Source: Thermodesulfobacteriota bacterium (GTDB lineage Bacteria > Desulfobacterota_D > UBA1144 > Nemesobacterales > Mycalebacteriaceae). Taken from it: DNA of 64,000 bases. The position numbers and the translations under genes are program-made. Under the pieces are notes generated by a model that searched no databases, was not told the DNA's origin, and saw only the letters and a program-made list of their open reading frames with translations. Position 1 is the first letter of the stretch. Each line of letters opens with the position of its first letter. Where the stretch lies: the NCBI GenBank assembly GCA_965226585.1, contig OZ245366.1, positions 1,312,001 to 1,376,000 of the forward strand. Direction: 5' to 3'. This document shows positions 9,801-19,700 of the stretch, one piece after another.

Positions 9801-12800
9801 CCGTTGCCCAAACATTTGAGCCGTTGGCAACCGAAACATAAGAATCGCTTGTTAAGGATGTTGTTGTTTTCGTTCTTATGCCGCTTCCGCCTCTGCCCGT
9901 AGTTCTGATGTTTGAACCGCTGACGACAACATTGCCTCCTCCCGCTCCAAGCATATTCATAAAGACTGCCGAGGAACGTGCAGGCGTGGAAGTTCGTGTG
10001 GAGTTTTCAAAGATGTCTGAATCGCTAATTTCCACATAAGCTCTGCCGGCCGTTGTCCGCGCCCTGATGGCGTTTGAGTCCCGTGTTGCGTCCGTCCATA
10101 TCTTTGAGGAATTGACCTTCACAACAATCGCGTTGTCTCCGGTTTCCGTGTTTGACGAGAAGGCGAAAATTGCCGAACTTGCGGTTTCATTTGCCCATAT
10201 ATTTGAGCCGTTGATGCTGACCGCAACACTGCCGCCTCCGGCATTGGCGACAACCGCATTTGACCTGCCTCCGCCCGCCCATATATCCGAGCCGTTTATC
10301 TCAATGTCTATATTCTCGCTGTCGCCCCCGCTGCTGATATGAGCGGCGTTCACGTCTTCGGCTACCGACGCTCTGCCCGCGCCTATTTGCGAGTTGTGAA
10401 TGGCAACAAACATTGCCGCAGGGGTCGCCGTTTCCGCCCACAGCGCGTTTGCTCTCGCGCCGTTTGCCCGCACCTTCAGGTTGCGGAGTTCAATATCCGG
10501 GCTGTCTGTCCTGACAGTGTTAACGCTGTCACCGGCAGACCATATTTCCATCGTCTCGCCTTCCGCCGCGCTGATTGAGAGCGAGCCGCCGCCGCTTTCA
10601 GACCATATTGCCGAACTGCCCGCGCCGTTTGCCCAAATCTTTGAGGAAACCCCCGTATCGTAGGAAACATCGCCGCCCGCGCTGCTTTTCAAGACAATCG
10701 TGTTGCCGTCCGCGCCTTGCGTCCAAGCCCGTTTCGCGTTGAAGTAGTTGTTGATTTCCACAGCCGCGCCCGTCTGGTGGTCAAGCGAAAACACCGTTCC
10801 CCTCAAGCCTTCTGTCGATACTTCATTCTGGTTTCTGATATTCATTCGGAATGTCCGCACGGTGTCGTCAATCATGTTTGCCGCGCCGCCGCTTGTCACC
10901 GTTGTCGCGAACACGGTCGCGTCATCCTCTCCCATGCGGAAAGATGTGTTTGTGGAATCAACAGATATCCGCGTGCCGGAACTGTCCGTTAATTTGAAAA
11001 ACTCTCCCGTTGAGTTTGCCAGTATGACAGCCGAGTTGTGCAGTTGAACGCCTATGTCGCCTCTTTGCGCGTTGAGGGTGAACGCCGCGCTGTCTGCGCC
11101 GTTGACCAAAATGGTAACGCCGTTGAAGTTCGCCTGAATCTTGTTGCCGCCGCCCTTAACCTGAATTGTCTCTCCGCCGAAAGCGGTTGAGTTATCACCC
11201 TCCGTCCAAACGGTTGAGTCGTGTACATCCATAAAAGATGTGCCGCCCGCTTCGGTGATAAGGAACAACGGCGCCGAGTTTGCCCCGTTTGCCCATACTT
11301 TTGACCCTCTCACTTCTATGTCGGTTTTTCCGTATAAGTATGTGTAGCCGTTGACGGCAACTGAATTATGTCCTTCAGTCCATACATCCGAGGCGGTTAC
11401 GGTTACAAGCCCGTTGCCCGTTTCACTTTCGCTGAAAGCGTTAATTGCCGCCGAATGGCTTCCGTTTGCCCAAACTTTTGATTTGTCCAGATTTACAATC
11501 GCGTGTCCTTCCCTGCCAGCATCAATGTCCTCAACGGTTTGCACGGCTACGCCGGATGAGTTATCTCCTTCCGCCCAAATGTTCACGCGGACGGCGTTCA
11601 CAATTCCATTCCCGCCTTCAAGCGCGGCAACATAGACGGCGTTGGACTCATTGCCGCCGGTTGATATGTCCATAACGCTCAAATCTACAAATGTGCGTCC
11701 TCCCGGTATTGCCGGGGTTCCGGGGTTTGTGCAGTACACTTCTCTCCCGTTCGGAAATACAACGCAGAGATATCGCCATCCGTCTATCGCCGGAACACCC
11801 CCGCCGTCTTGAATGGCAACCGAGAGTCCGGTGGAGTTGCGCCCGCTTGTCCGTATGTTTGAACTTGTGAAACTTGCATTGGCGTGTCCTCTGAATTGAG
11901 AGTGCACGATAACCGCCGTTGAATCCGCGCCCGCTGTTGTAATGTCTGTGCCGTTTATTTCCGCAGAGGCAAGTGAGATGCCCCTTGACGCTCTTATCTC
12001 AAGCCCCGTTGAAAAGCGTTTTGCCGTCCGCACGGTTGAATCGTCAATGCCTACAAATACCACCGAGTTTGTGCCTGAACTGTTCGGTAATTTTGTGGCG
12101 TCCGCATAAATTGCCTTGGAACTTATTTCGTTTGCCCACACATCGGAGTCTTTCACAAAGAGAGCCGCATTTCCGCCCAGATCTGCGGTTACGGTAATTG
12201 CCGTTGATATTGTGTCTTCCGTCCACACATTCGCCCCTGTCGCGTTCACTGTGGCGTTTGCCCCGCCGTATGAGGTTACGTTTATGCCGCGTGAGCGGCT
12301 TCCCCATGCGGAGATATTTGAGCCGCTGATGTTTATGGCGGCGTTTCCAAAAAATGCGTCTGCGGAAATCGCACTCGCGCCAAGTCCGCCCGCCCGTATA
12401 TTCGCGCTCACCGCATTTATAAGCAGTTCCACGCCCGCCTCGTAAGACGATATCGCGGTTGACACGCTTCCGTTAGCCCACACGCTCGCCCCGTTCACAT
12501 CAACCGTAATTTCAGTTGTGTCCGCCGTCCGCTTTTCCGCCTTGATTGCCGCGCCGCCGTCTCCTGAATGAATCCAAACATTCGCCCCGCCGGACACTTC
12601 CACCGTTTCCGCGACTATTGTTACACCTCCCACTCCGTTAGCCCACACATCCGAGCCGTTGACTGTTGCCGTTGTCGCAAGCACGGTTACGCCGTTTGAG
12701 TTGTTAGTCCAAACTTTCGCCCCGCCCACAATATCCACCGTTGTTGCCACCGTGATTACCGCGCCTGTGTTGATTGCCCCTTCCGCCCAAACTTCAGAGT

Positions 12801-15800
12801 TGTTGATTGTCGCAGATGTCGCTTTTATGGCGTTGCTGTCTGATATGCCGTTAGTCCAAACTTTTGCCTCGTTGCTTATCATCACGGTTTCCGCCGTGAT
12901 GGTTTCGCTTGTGTTGCCTTCCGTCCACACATTCGCGCCGTTGACTGTTACCGTTACCGCCCTCACCGCGTTGCTTGTGTCGCCGTTTGCCCACACATTC
13001 GCGCCGTTCCATATATTTGCGGTTGTCGCCCTGATTGCATCGCTTGTCGCGCCTTCCGTCCATATATCCGAGCCGTTTGCCGTTACCGTTTCCGCTGACA
13101 CCGCGTTACTCGCGGCTCCGTTTGCCCACACTTTCAAGTCGTGAACGGTTGCCGAGCCGCCGGATAAAGAAGAAGCGTTTATGGTTGAACCGCCCGCGCC
13201 GATTGTCCAAATCTCTCCCATTCCGTCTTCAGAAACGATGGTTACAGTTTCCGAAGTTCCCGCCTCAACCGCCGCTGAGCCATCGCCGTTTGCCCAAACC
13301 TTTCCGCCGCCGCTCACATTGACCGTTGCCGCAATTATCGTGTCGCTTGTGTTGTCTTCCGTCCAAATCTGCGCGCCGTTGACTGTTGCCGTTGCGGTGA
13401 AAATCGCGCGGGCTTGCTGTCCGTTTGCAAACACTTTTAAGTCATGAACCGTTACGCTTGTTGCCGCGTTCACGGTTGAAGCCCCGATACCGCTTGACCA
13501 AATTTCTCCCATCCCGTCTTCAGAAACGATGGTTACAGTTTCCGAAGTTCCGGCGCGAACCGCCGAGGAAGAGGGTCCCGTCTCGCCAACCCAAATTTTT
13601 CCGCCGCCCGAAACGTTGACCGTCTGCGCGGTTACCGCGTTGCTTGTCGCGCCGTTGCTCCAAACCTGCGCGCCGTTGTAGATGTTCACATCTGTCGCGT
13701 CAATGGCTGTGCTTCTTTCTTTGTCAGCCCACACACTCGCGCCGCCGTCAACTGTTGCCGTTGCCGCCGAAACCGTCCGGCTTGCCGCGCCGTTAGACCA
13801 TACTTTCAAACCGTCATTGATATAAGCCGCCGCCGTTGCTTTCACCGTTGAAACGCCGTCAACTGTTGTCCAAACCTCTCCGTCTCCGTCTGCTGATATG
13901 ATGTTGACCGTTCCCGAACCGCCCGCAGAAACCGCCGAACTGTCCGCGCCTTCCGCCCAAACCTTTCCGCCGCCCGATACATTCACCGTGCCCGCAACTA
14001 CCGAGTTGCTTGCCGAGCCGTTTGCCCACACTTTCGCGCCGTTCCAGATGTTTGCGGTTGTCGCGTCAATGGTTCTGCCGCCTTGTCCTTCACTCCATAC
14101 TTGAGTGCCTGTGCCGTTGACTGTCGCGCTTGCCGCCTTAACTGTGTTGCTGTCTGAGCCGTTTGCCCACACTTTCAAGCCGTCATTGATGTAAGCCGCC
14201 GTTGTTGCTTTTACCGTTGAAACGCCGCCAACTGTTGTCCAAATCTCTCCGTCTCCGTCTTCAGAGACGATGTTGACCGTTCCCGAAGTTCCCGCAGAAA
14301 CGGCTGAACTTCTCACGCCGTTTGTCCAAACTTTTCCGTCTTTTGAAATATTTGCCGTTTCCGCGACTATCGCGTTACTGCCCGTGCCGTTAGCCCAAAC
14401 CTTCGCGCCGTTCCAGATGTTCACGGTTGGCGCGACTATGGTGTCGGATGAGCCGCCTTCCGTTGTCCAGACATCCGTGTTGTTGACTGTCGCGCTTGTT
14501 CCCGCCGTAACCGCCCGGCTTGCCGCGCCGTTTGCCCAAACTTTCACGCCGTCATTGATGTAAGCCGCAGTTGCCGCTGTTACTGTTGAAACTCCGGAGA
14601 TTGTCCAAATCTCTCCCGTTCCGTCTTCAGAGATGATATTTGCCGTTCCCGAAGTTCCCGAAGAGACGGCTGAACTTCCCGCGCCGTTTGCCCATACCTT
14701 GCCACCGTTTGAAACGTTCAAAGTTTCAGCGACTACCGTGTTGCTTGTTACGCCGTTAGACCACACTTTCGCGCCGTTCCAGATGTTTGCCGTGCCTGTT
14801 GCGATTATGGTGTCGCTTGTGTCTCCGTTTGACCACACTTCCGTTGCTGAGCCGTTGATTGTTACGGTTGCCGCCGTAACCGCCTGACTTCCCGCGCCGT
14901 TAGACCATACTTTCAAGCCGTGAATGCCTGCCGTTGTTGTTGCCTTTACCGTTGAACTTTCCGAAGCGTTAGACCACACTTCTCCCTTTCCGTCTTCTGA
15001 TACGACCGTAACCCCTCCGCCGGTTTTCGCTGAAATTGCCGAACTTCCGGAAGCGTTAGACCACACTTTCGCGTCATTTGAAAAGTTGACTGTTTCCGCA
15101 ACTATGGAGTTGCTTGTGTTGCCTTCCGTCCAGACTTCAGAGCCGTTGACCACAACAGTTGTTGCTGAAATGGCGTTGGCTGTCGCTCCGGTAGCCCGCA
15201 CTTTTGAACCATTCCACACATTCACCGCGCCAGTTGTTGTTGAGATTGTGGCGGCTCCCGTTTTGTTCGTCCACACATCCGCGCCGCTGACATCAACATC
15301 ACCAGTCGCCAAAATCGCGTAGTTCGAACCGTTGCCGCCAATATCTGCGTCCACAACATTCACCGTTGACGCATTAATTGCCGCAAATCCGCCGTTCGTC
15401 CAGACGGAAAGACCGTCCGCTTCTCCCGCCACTACTGACAGGGTTCCCGTGCCCGTGGTTGACGCTTCAATGGCAATACTTCCGGCTTTATCCGCAAAGA
15501 TAGCCGAACCGCCGTTTCCGCCTATGTTTATGTCTCCGCTTGTGGATGTTGCTATGACGCCGTTTCCACCTTCAGTGGATCCGCCGCCTCTTCCATAAAC
15601 GACTCCGTTCGCGAGAGCGAGGTCAATGTTTCCGCTAACCGTGTTGGCTATGATGCCGTCTTTACCAACTATGCAGGAAACGGCGTTCGCAATTGTTATG
15701 TCTATGTTTCCCGCGCCTCCCGTGTCTGCCGCCAAGCCGTGAGAGTCTCCCACGGATGAGGCGAAGATTGCCGCGCCGTTTATAAGTTCAACTGTTATGT

Positions 15801-16548
15801 CTCCGCCGCCTGTGGATGTGAGTGTCGCGCCTCTTGTGTCTCTAACTGTGTATTCCTTGCCTGTGCCGCTTCTGGCTCCATACAGGTGGATTGCCGAATA
15901 CATCCCCTCAAATGAAAGTTCAATATCTCCGCCTGCTGTGTTTGCTATAAGACCGTTTGTGCCTTGCCTGTCTGAAACGATTATTCCCTGATTGGAGAAG
16001 TCCGCGACCACGTTTCCGCTTGTGGATGTTGCTATAATCCCGTTTCCGCCGGTTCCCCCGATTTTAACTCTTGAGGTGTTGTGAACGCCTATATTCACAT
16101 CGCCCGTTCCGGCTGTGATGGTAGCAGGGTTGTTAGGAGCGTCTGGGTCGGTTTCCCCGATTCTAACTCTTGAGGTGCTGATGGTAACAACGTTTCCGCC
16201 GGTTCCGTTTTTGGCGGTAAAAGAGCCGTCATCGGTTTGGAAGGCAGCGGCAGTCGCGCCGCCGATAACTATTGTATCTCCGCCCGTTTGGGTTGTTGCG
16301 ACATTTGCACCGTAAGAGGTAAGGGTGGCAGACCCTCTGGCGGATTTGACTGTAACAGCGGGAACATCCGTAACCACGGAACGCGCGCCGCCTGAGATGT
16401 TAAGCGCGGCGTCTGTTGCGGAAGTACAGTCAATTGCGGTTGCGGCAACCGGTGTTACATCGCCGCAACTCGTTTGCGCATGGGAGTTTTGCGGCGCAAA
16501 AGCAAATAAAATTGCGAACAGAAAGGTGATGGTTAATTTTCTGTGCAT
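6889..16548 (-). CDS. Autotransporter/adhesin 1 (3219 aa), repeat passenger, barrel type A
   Basis: Sec signal peptide (..SHA|Q), ~22-25 aa G/A/T/N/S-rich repeats with W(A/T/S)(N/E)G, C-terminal amphipathic beta strands ending ...FRGGVNYSF. Confidence 0.88.
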   Translation of the reverse strand: MHRKLTITFLFAILFAFAPQNSHAQTSCGDVTPVAATAIDCTSATDAALNISGGARSVVTDVPAVTVKSARGSATLTSYGANVATTQTGGDTIVIGGATAAAFQTDDGSFTAKNGTGGNVVTISTSRVRIGETDPDAPNNPATITAGTGDVNIGVHNTSRVKIGGTGGNGIIATSTSGNVVADFSNQGIIVSDRQGTNGLIANTAGGDIELSFEGMYSAIHLYGARSGTGKEYTVRDTRGATLTSTGGGDITVELINGAAIFASSVGDSHGLAADTGGAGNIDITIANAVSCIVGKDGIIANTVSGNIDLALANGVVYGRGGGSTEGGNGVIATSTSGDINIGGNGGSAIFADKAGSIAIEASTTGTGTLSVVAGEADGLSVWTNGGFAAINASTVNVVDADIGGNGSNYAILATGDVDVSGADVWTNKTGAATISTTTGAVNVWNGSKVRATGATANAISATTVVVNGSEVWTEGNTSNSIVAETVNFSNDAKVWSNASGSSAISAKTGGGVTVVSEDGKGEVWSNASESSTVKATTTAGIHGLKVWSNGAGSQAVTAATVTINGSATEVWSNGDTSDTIIATGTANIWNGAKVWSNGVTSNTVVAETLNVSNGGKVWANGAGSSAVSSGTSGTANIISEDGTGEIWTISGVSTVTAATAAYINDGVKVWANGAASRAVTAGTSATVNNTDVWTTEGGSSDTIVAPTVNIWNGAKVWANGTGSNAIVAETANISKDGKVWTNGVRSSAVSAGTSGTVNIVSEDGDGEIWTTVGGVSTVKATTAAYINDGLKVWANGSDSNTVKAASATVNGTGTQVWSEGQGGRTIDATTANIWNGAKVWANGSASNSVVAGTVNVSGGGKVWAEGADSSAVSAGGSGTVNIISADGDGEVWTTVDGVSTVKATAAAYINDGLKVWSNGAASRTVSAATATVDGGASVWADKERSTAIDATDVNIYNGAQVWSNGATSNAVTAQTVNVSGGGKIWVGETGPSSSAVRAGTSETVTIVSEDGMGEIWSSGIGASTVNAATSVTVHDLKVFANGQQARAIFTATATVNGAQIWTEDNTSDTIIAATVNVSGGGKVWANGDGSAAVEAGTSETVTIVSEDGMGEIWTIGAGGSTINASSLSGGSATVHDLKVWANGAASNAVSAETVTANGSDIWTEGATSDAIRATTANIWNGANVWANGDTSNAVRAVTVTVNGANVWTEGNTSETITAETVMISNEAKVWTNGISDSNAIKATSATINNSEVWAEGAINTGAVITVATTVDIVGGAKVWTNNSNGVTVLATTATVNGSDVWANGVGGVTIVAETVEVSGGANVWIHSGDGGAAIKAEKRTADTTEITVDVNGASVWANGSVSTAISSYEAGVELLINAVSANIRAGGLGASAISADAFFGNAAINISGSNISAWGSRSRGINVTSYGGANATVNATGANVWTEDTISTAITVTADLGGNAALFVKDSDVWANEISSKAIYADATKLPNSSGTNSVVFVGIDDSTVRTAKRFSTGLEIRASRGISLASAEINGTDITTAGADSTAVIVHSQFRGHANASFTSSNIRTSGRNSTGLSVAIQDGGGVPAIDGWRYLCVVFPNGREVYCTNPGTPAIPGGRTFVDLSVMDISTGGNESNAVYVAALEGGNGIVNAVRVNIWAEGDNSSGVAVQTVEDIDAGREGHAIVNLDKSKVWANGSHSAAINAFSESETGNGLVTVTASDVWTEGHNSVAVNGYTYLYGKTDIEVRGSKVWANGANSAPLFLITEAGGTSFMDVHDSTVWTEGDNSTAFGGETIQVKGGGNKIQANFNGVTILVNGADSAAFTLNAQRGDIGVQLHNSAVILANSTGEFFKLTDSSGTRISVDSTNTSFRMGEDDATVFATTVTSGGAANMIDDTVRTFRMNIRNQNEVSTEGLRGTVFSLDHQTGAAVEINNYFNAKRAWTQGADGNTIVLKSSAGGDVSYDTGVSSKIWANGAGSSAIWSESGGGSLSISAAEGETMEIWSAGDSVNTVRTDSPDIELRNLKVRANGARANALWAETATPAAMFVAIHNSQIGAGRASVAEDVNAAHISSGGDSENIDIEINGSDIWAGGGRSNAVVANAGGGSVAVSINGSNIWANETASSAIFAFSSNTETGDNAIVVKVNSSKIWTDATRDSNAIRARTTAGRAYVEISDSDIFENSTRTSTPARSSAVFMNMLGAGGGNVVVSGSNIRTTGRGGSGIRTKTTTSLTSDSYVSVANGSNVWATGQDGSALLAESHRFMGIEINGSNMWSTGQSRATAVSQAHSGGDRSRSTEWTVTNGSKVWANGARTGAIFMNSRAAQHSNITINDKSQVWTEGDGARSVYGNAILRSQFITVGNQSHVWANGAGSVAIYANSIDGGFNDELQVIVNQSSSVFTTKTGNGIFIETEAFGNIVVHGNSRVFANGAKSNAILIGGRVGVTYTRVSGGSQVYTTANDSHAMAVVDGFYGFGSTISIDSGARVFTNGARSVAVNINSYDRIGVVNVNAADVYTTGADSTTILIEEKDDDPNVGESEAELHMYNGANVSASGMNSVAVSLRSGSYARYQSLLRIFEGALLCGGVIDENRNCIVTPANNVIALQVGDEWDNNDVGLDNWGTIVGKVTLSDVGDTFTNKDTGLLTIIGSFDTGDGDDIFTNEGTFIGNASMGADDDEVYNEDTGTITIITSFDTGSGSDIFQNRGTINGAGSVIHDSSDTVTGLPPSSSPPPSSQSAPAHGAQSTPSEGGGNRFRLSSATPEREPERATINFGEGDDHFINEGTIVLAGAGGFNGLDKITFGANSTLVVSADPEEMTGKPLINLEGTISAEDIEGFRVRVDVPGTHITEYTIFEADDLPDGEERQEVVERLNAEIGERGSVQTDGDGNLFLTAMSLKDASLDIYDSLIQSAYRADRSFATKLSSGCGYGSAASDEIDGDFWTGCVWATSGGRYTRYSSAINYDEDVYTFTGGVSAPFNSILVSVAGGYEISNLDMDVLTDEGRADASGEATRFMGGIFASTIVDRYMVDGRFQYVSTSWESTRTAGDNRYSADTNATVFGGALGAAMPFLSGSFALFPRIEIGASYVTAGAFDETSLTNTPEAIADAFKVKDTSEILVYVSPSFEARSPLSETVNMRIRVGADIHVLNPEADLEATLADGNVPRSGGQDRIMFNYGAGFEYTPYAPLRELSVRIDYDGGMSTSFDTFVQQFRGGVNYSF

Positions 16549-16628
16549 AAGGGTTCCCGTATTAGGGATAATTCAACAGCAAAACTCGGCGTTGTTAGAC
16601 CGGTTATGGCGCGGGATTATACCCATAC

Positions 16629-16656
16629 AGACTATATTGTTGGGGTTTTCTGTCAA
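16629..16656 (-). promoter_or_regulatory. Putative sigma70 promoter of autotransporter 1
   Basis: Minus strand TTGACA-N16-TAGTCT about 80 nt upstream of the ATG. Confidence 0.5.
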
Positions 16657-16688
16657 ATGGGGAGAGGGGTAGAAAAGGGGTTTTTTTC

Positions 16689-16721
16689 CGTCATTCCGTG
16701 CTTGACACGGAATCCGGTATT
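16689..16721. repeat. Solo arm B of the CGTC palindrome overlapping the stop codon of autotransporter 2
   Basis: CGTCATTCCGTGCTTGACACGGAATCCGGTATT; last 2 nt are part of the TAA. Confidence 0.88.
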
Positions 16722-19700
16722 AAAACGCTAATCCAACTCTCGCGCTAAACACCTGCGTTAGCGTATCCAGCCCCGGCGTTACTCCGCCGTCATAGTCAAT
16801 CCGCACATTAAAACCCTTATACGGCAACACAAACTCAGCCCCGGCGCCGTAATTAACCATTATCCTCTCAAGCGAACCGGTTACCTTGAACAAATCTCCG
16901 CCGCTTGTCCTCGCGCTCCACTGCGTTTCAGGGTCTGTAATGTGCGCGTCCGCTCCCAAACTCATCCAGATATTTACCGTCTCTCCCGCAGGAACATACG
17001 CCGTTACGGACGGGCTTATAACCAAATATGTCTTCCCCGCCCCGCCAACGGTAAGGGCGGAATCTTCCAAAGCCGTCTCGCGGAAACCGTCAGCGGATAC
17101 CTTTGTAACTCCCGCCTCAACTCTGGGGACAACCATAAACACACCGCCGGGAAATATCGGCATCTCCCCGCCCACAGCCGCAGACCATGTGGCTACATCC
17201 GTTTCCGCCCCGTGCTTCCCGTTATCGCCTCTTATCAGACTTTCCCCCCTTAACGCCGCAGATTCCCATGTCGCTCTGGCAAACTGCGTTCTCACATCCG
17301 TGATAATTCCGCTCCAAAACTCACTCGCCACCGAAATACCCGCCATAAACCTCTCGCCGCCCGCGCTTGTGTCTGCTCCGGCGTCAAAGTCCGATGTCTC
17401 ATATCCCGCCGCAACCGATACGATGGATTTTCCGGCAGGCACGGTAAAACCGCCCGTGAATACGTGGGCATCTTCACTGTATTCGGAAGTGGCGGTGTGC
17501 CGCGTGAATCTGCCGTCCGCCGCCGCCCACAGACAGCCGCCCCGCAGGTCTTGCGTTTCCGTCTCATCGCCGCCGCCGTAGCAACCGCCGCGCAGTTTTT
17601 CTGAAAATGCGTTGTCCGCGTAGTAGGCGGATTGAATCATGGCGTCATAGTTTCTCAGGTAATCGTATGGACGGAGGTTGGAAAGGGTAATGAAGATGTT
17701 GCCGATTTCATCCATCCGGGCAGACGCATTCCGTTCAAGCCCATCGCTTACTATGTTGAAAATTGCCTGTCTTTCATCTTCGCTGTCCACCAGAATTTCT
17801 TCCCTGAATAACAGAAACTCTCCCGAAAGTCTCTCAGGGTTGGCAAATCTTGCGCTGAAACCTTCAATGTCCGCCTCAGCTATCTCGTCTTCAACGTTTA
17901 TGAGCGATCTGCCCACCATCTCGACAGGGTCTGCGGTTATAAGAAGGAGTGAGTTTTCGCCGAAGGTTATTTTCTCCAAACCCGCAAAGCCCTCGCCTCC
18001 GATAACCATTGTGCCGTTGTTTATGAAATAGTCATCGCCGCCGCCAAAGTTTATTGGTATCCCCGTGCCGTTTATTATGCCGTCATTTCTGAAAGTGTCT
18101 TCGCCGGTTCCCGTGTCAAAAGAGCCGGCCATTGTGATAACTCCCGTGTCTTTGTTGGTAATTCTGTCGTGGTAATCGCTCAGTTTCACATCTCCGACTA
18201 TCGTTCCCGCGTTTTCCAGAATGGAGTGGTAGTCTGCGGGGTCGTCATCCGCATTTCCGTCATCCCTTATCCGCACCGCCGCCGCGCCCGCCGCGCCGGT
18301 TATAAGACAGTTGCGTCCCGCGTCTATCACACCTGAGCACACAAGGCCGTCTTCAAAAACTTTCATAATGGTTTTGTAATATGCCGCTCTGCCGCTTCTC
18401 AAAAATACCGCCGTAGAGTTCTGTCCGTCTGCCGATACATTCGCGCCGCCGGATATGTAGAGTTCCATCTTGCCCCCGCCGGAACTCCTTGCTCTTTCCG
18501 CAAGCATTATGGCCGCGCTGTCCACTCCGGTTGCATAGACACCCGCGCCGCCTGATATGTTCGCAATGGCGTCTCTGTTATATGCGTTGATATTTATAGC
18601 CGCGCTTCTCGCGCCGTTAGAGAAAACACGCGAACCGCCGTCAACATAAACGTATGACCTCGCGCCGGCAAAACCGTCTGTTATTGCTATTGCGTTGCTG
18701 TCTGCTCCGGTTGTGTACACTTGCGACCTTCCGGACACTCTCATGTGGGAATCCCCGATTCCGAAGCCAATAAATATCGCGTTGCTTTTCGCGCCGTTTG
18801 TCCAAACTCTGGAACCGTCGTGAACCACTATGTTGGCGAATGCCTCCGTATCTACGGCTATGGCGTTGCTCATTTCGTCTGTGGTGAAAACCCTTGACGA
18901 GCCGTTGACAATCACCCGCGCGAAATCGTCAATTCCGCCGTCCGCGCTGTTTGCGTAGATTGCCGTGCTTCCCGCGCCGTTTGCCCACACACGGGAATGA
19001 CTGTGGACTTCTATGTATTGATTTCTTTCAGATGCGTTTCCGTAGATTGAGTATGCCGAGTCTCCCTCCGTCCACACTTCCGACCCGCCGGAAATGATAA
19101 TGCCCGACCCCGGCGCTCTTTGAGAGTTCATGTATATCGCGCCCGTTCCCGCGCCGTTTGCCCAAACCTTTGAGCCGTTTGCAACCACCCACTCCGCTCG
19201 CGCCCCCGTCCAGCTTCCCGCGCTGTGATGCGAGTTTGACTCAGCCGCCGCTCTGCCTTCTCCAACAGACCACACATTTGAGCCGCTGATTGTAATTCCT
19301 ATAAATCTGTGCGAGTTCACGAAAATCGCGCTTCCTTCCGTGCCGTTTGCCCACACATTTGAGCCGTTGGCAATCGTAAGAGTTGTGTCCTGTCTTATGG
19401 CTCCCGCGCTCTCCGCCCTTATGGTTTTGCTGTTAATTCCTCCCGACCAGATGTTTGAACCGCTTGCGACAAAACCAATTCCTCCCTGTCCGGTTGAGTT
19501 CATCATCACCGCCGCAGAACGCGCCTGAAAAGAGAGTCTGGAATCTTCAAAGACGGTGGAGTCTCGTATTTCCACATAGATTTTGCCGGCGCCCGTTGTT
19601 TGCGCCCTGATGACGTTTGAGTCTCGTCCCGCGTTTTGCCCTGACCAAACCCTTGACGATTGGACCTTCACAACAACCGCGTTGGTTCCGGAGTCTGAGT

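Noticed and set aside
16675..16721. Rho-independent terminator for autotransporter 2
   Set aside because: On the coding (minus) strand the hairpin is followed by an A-run, not a U-tract; recorded as a repeat arm instead.
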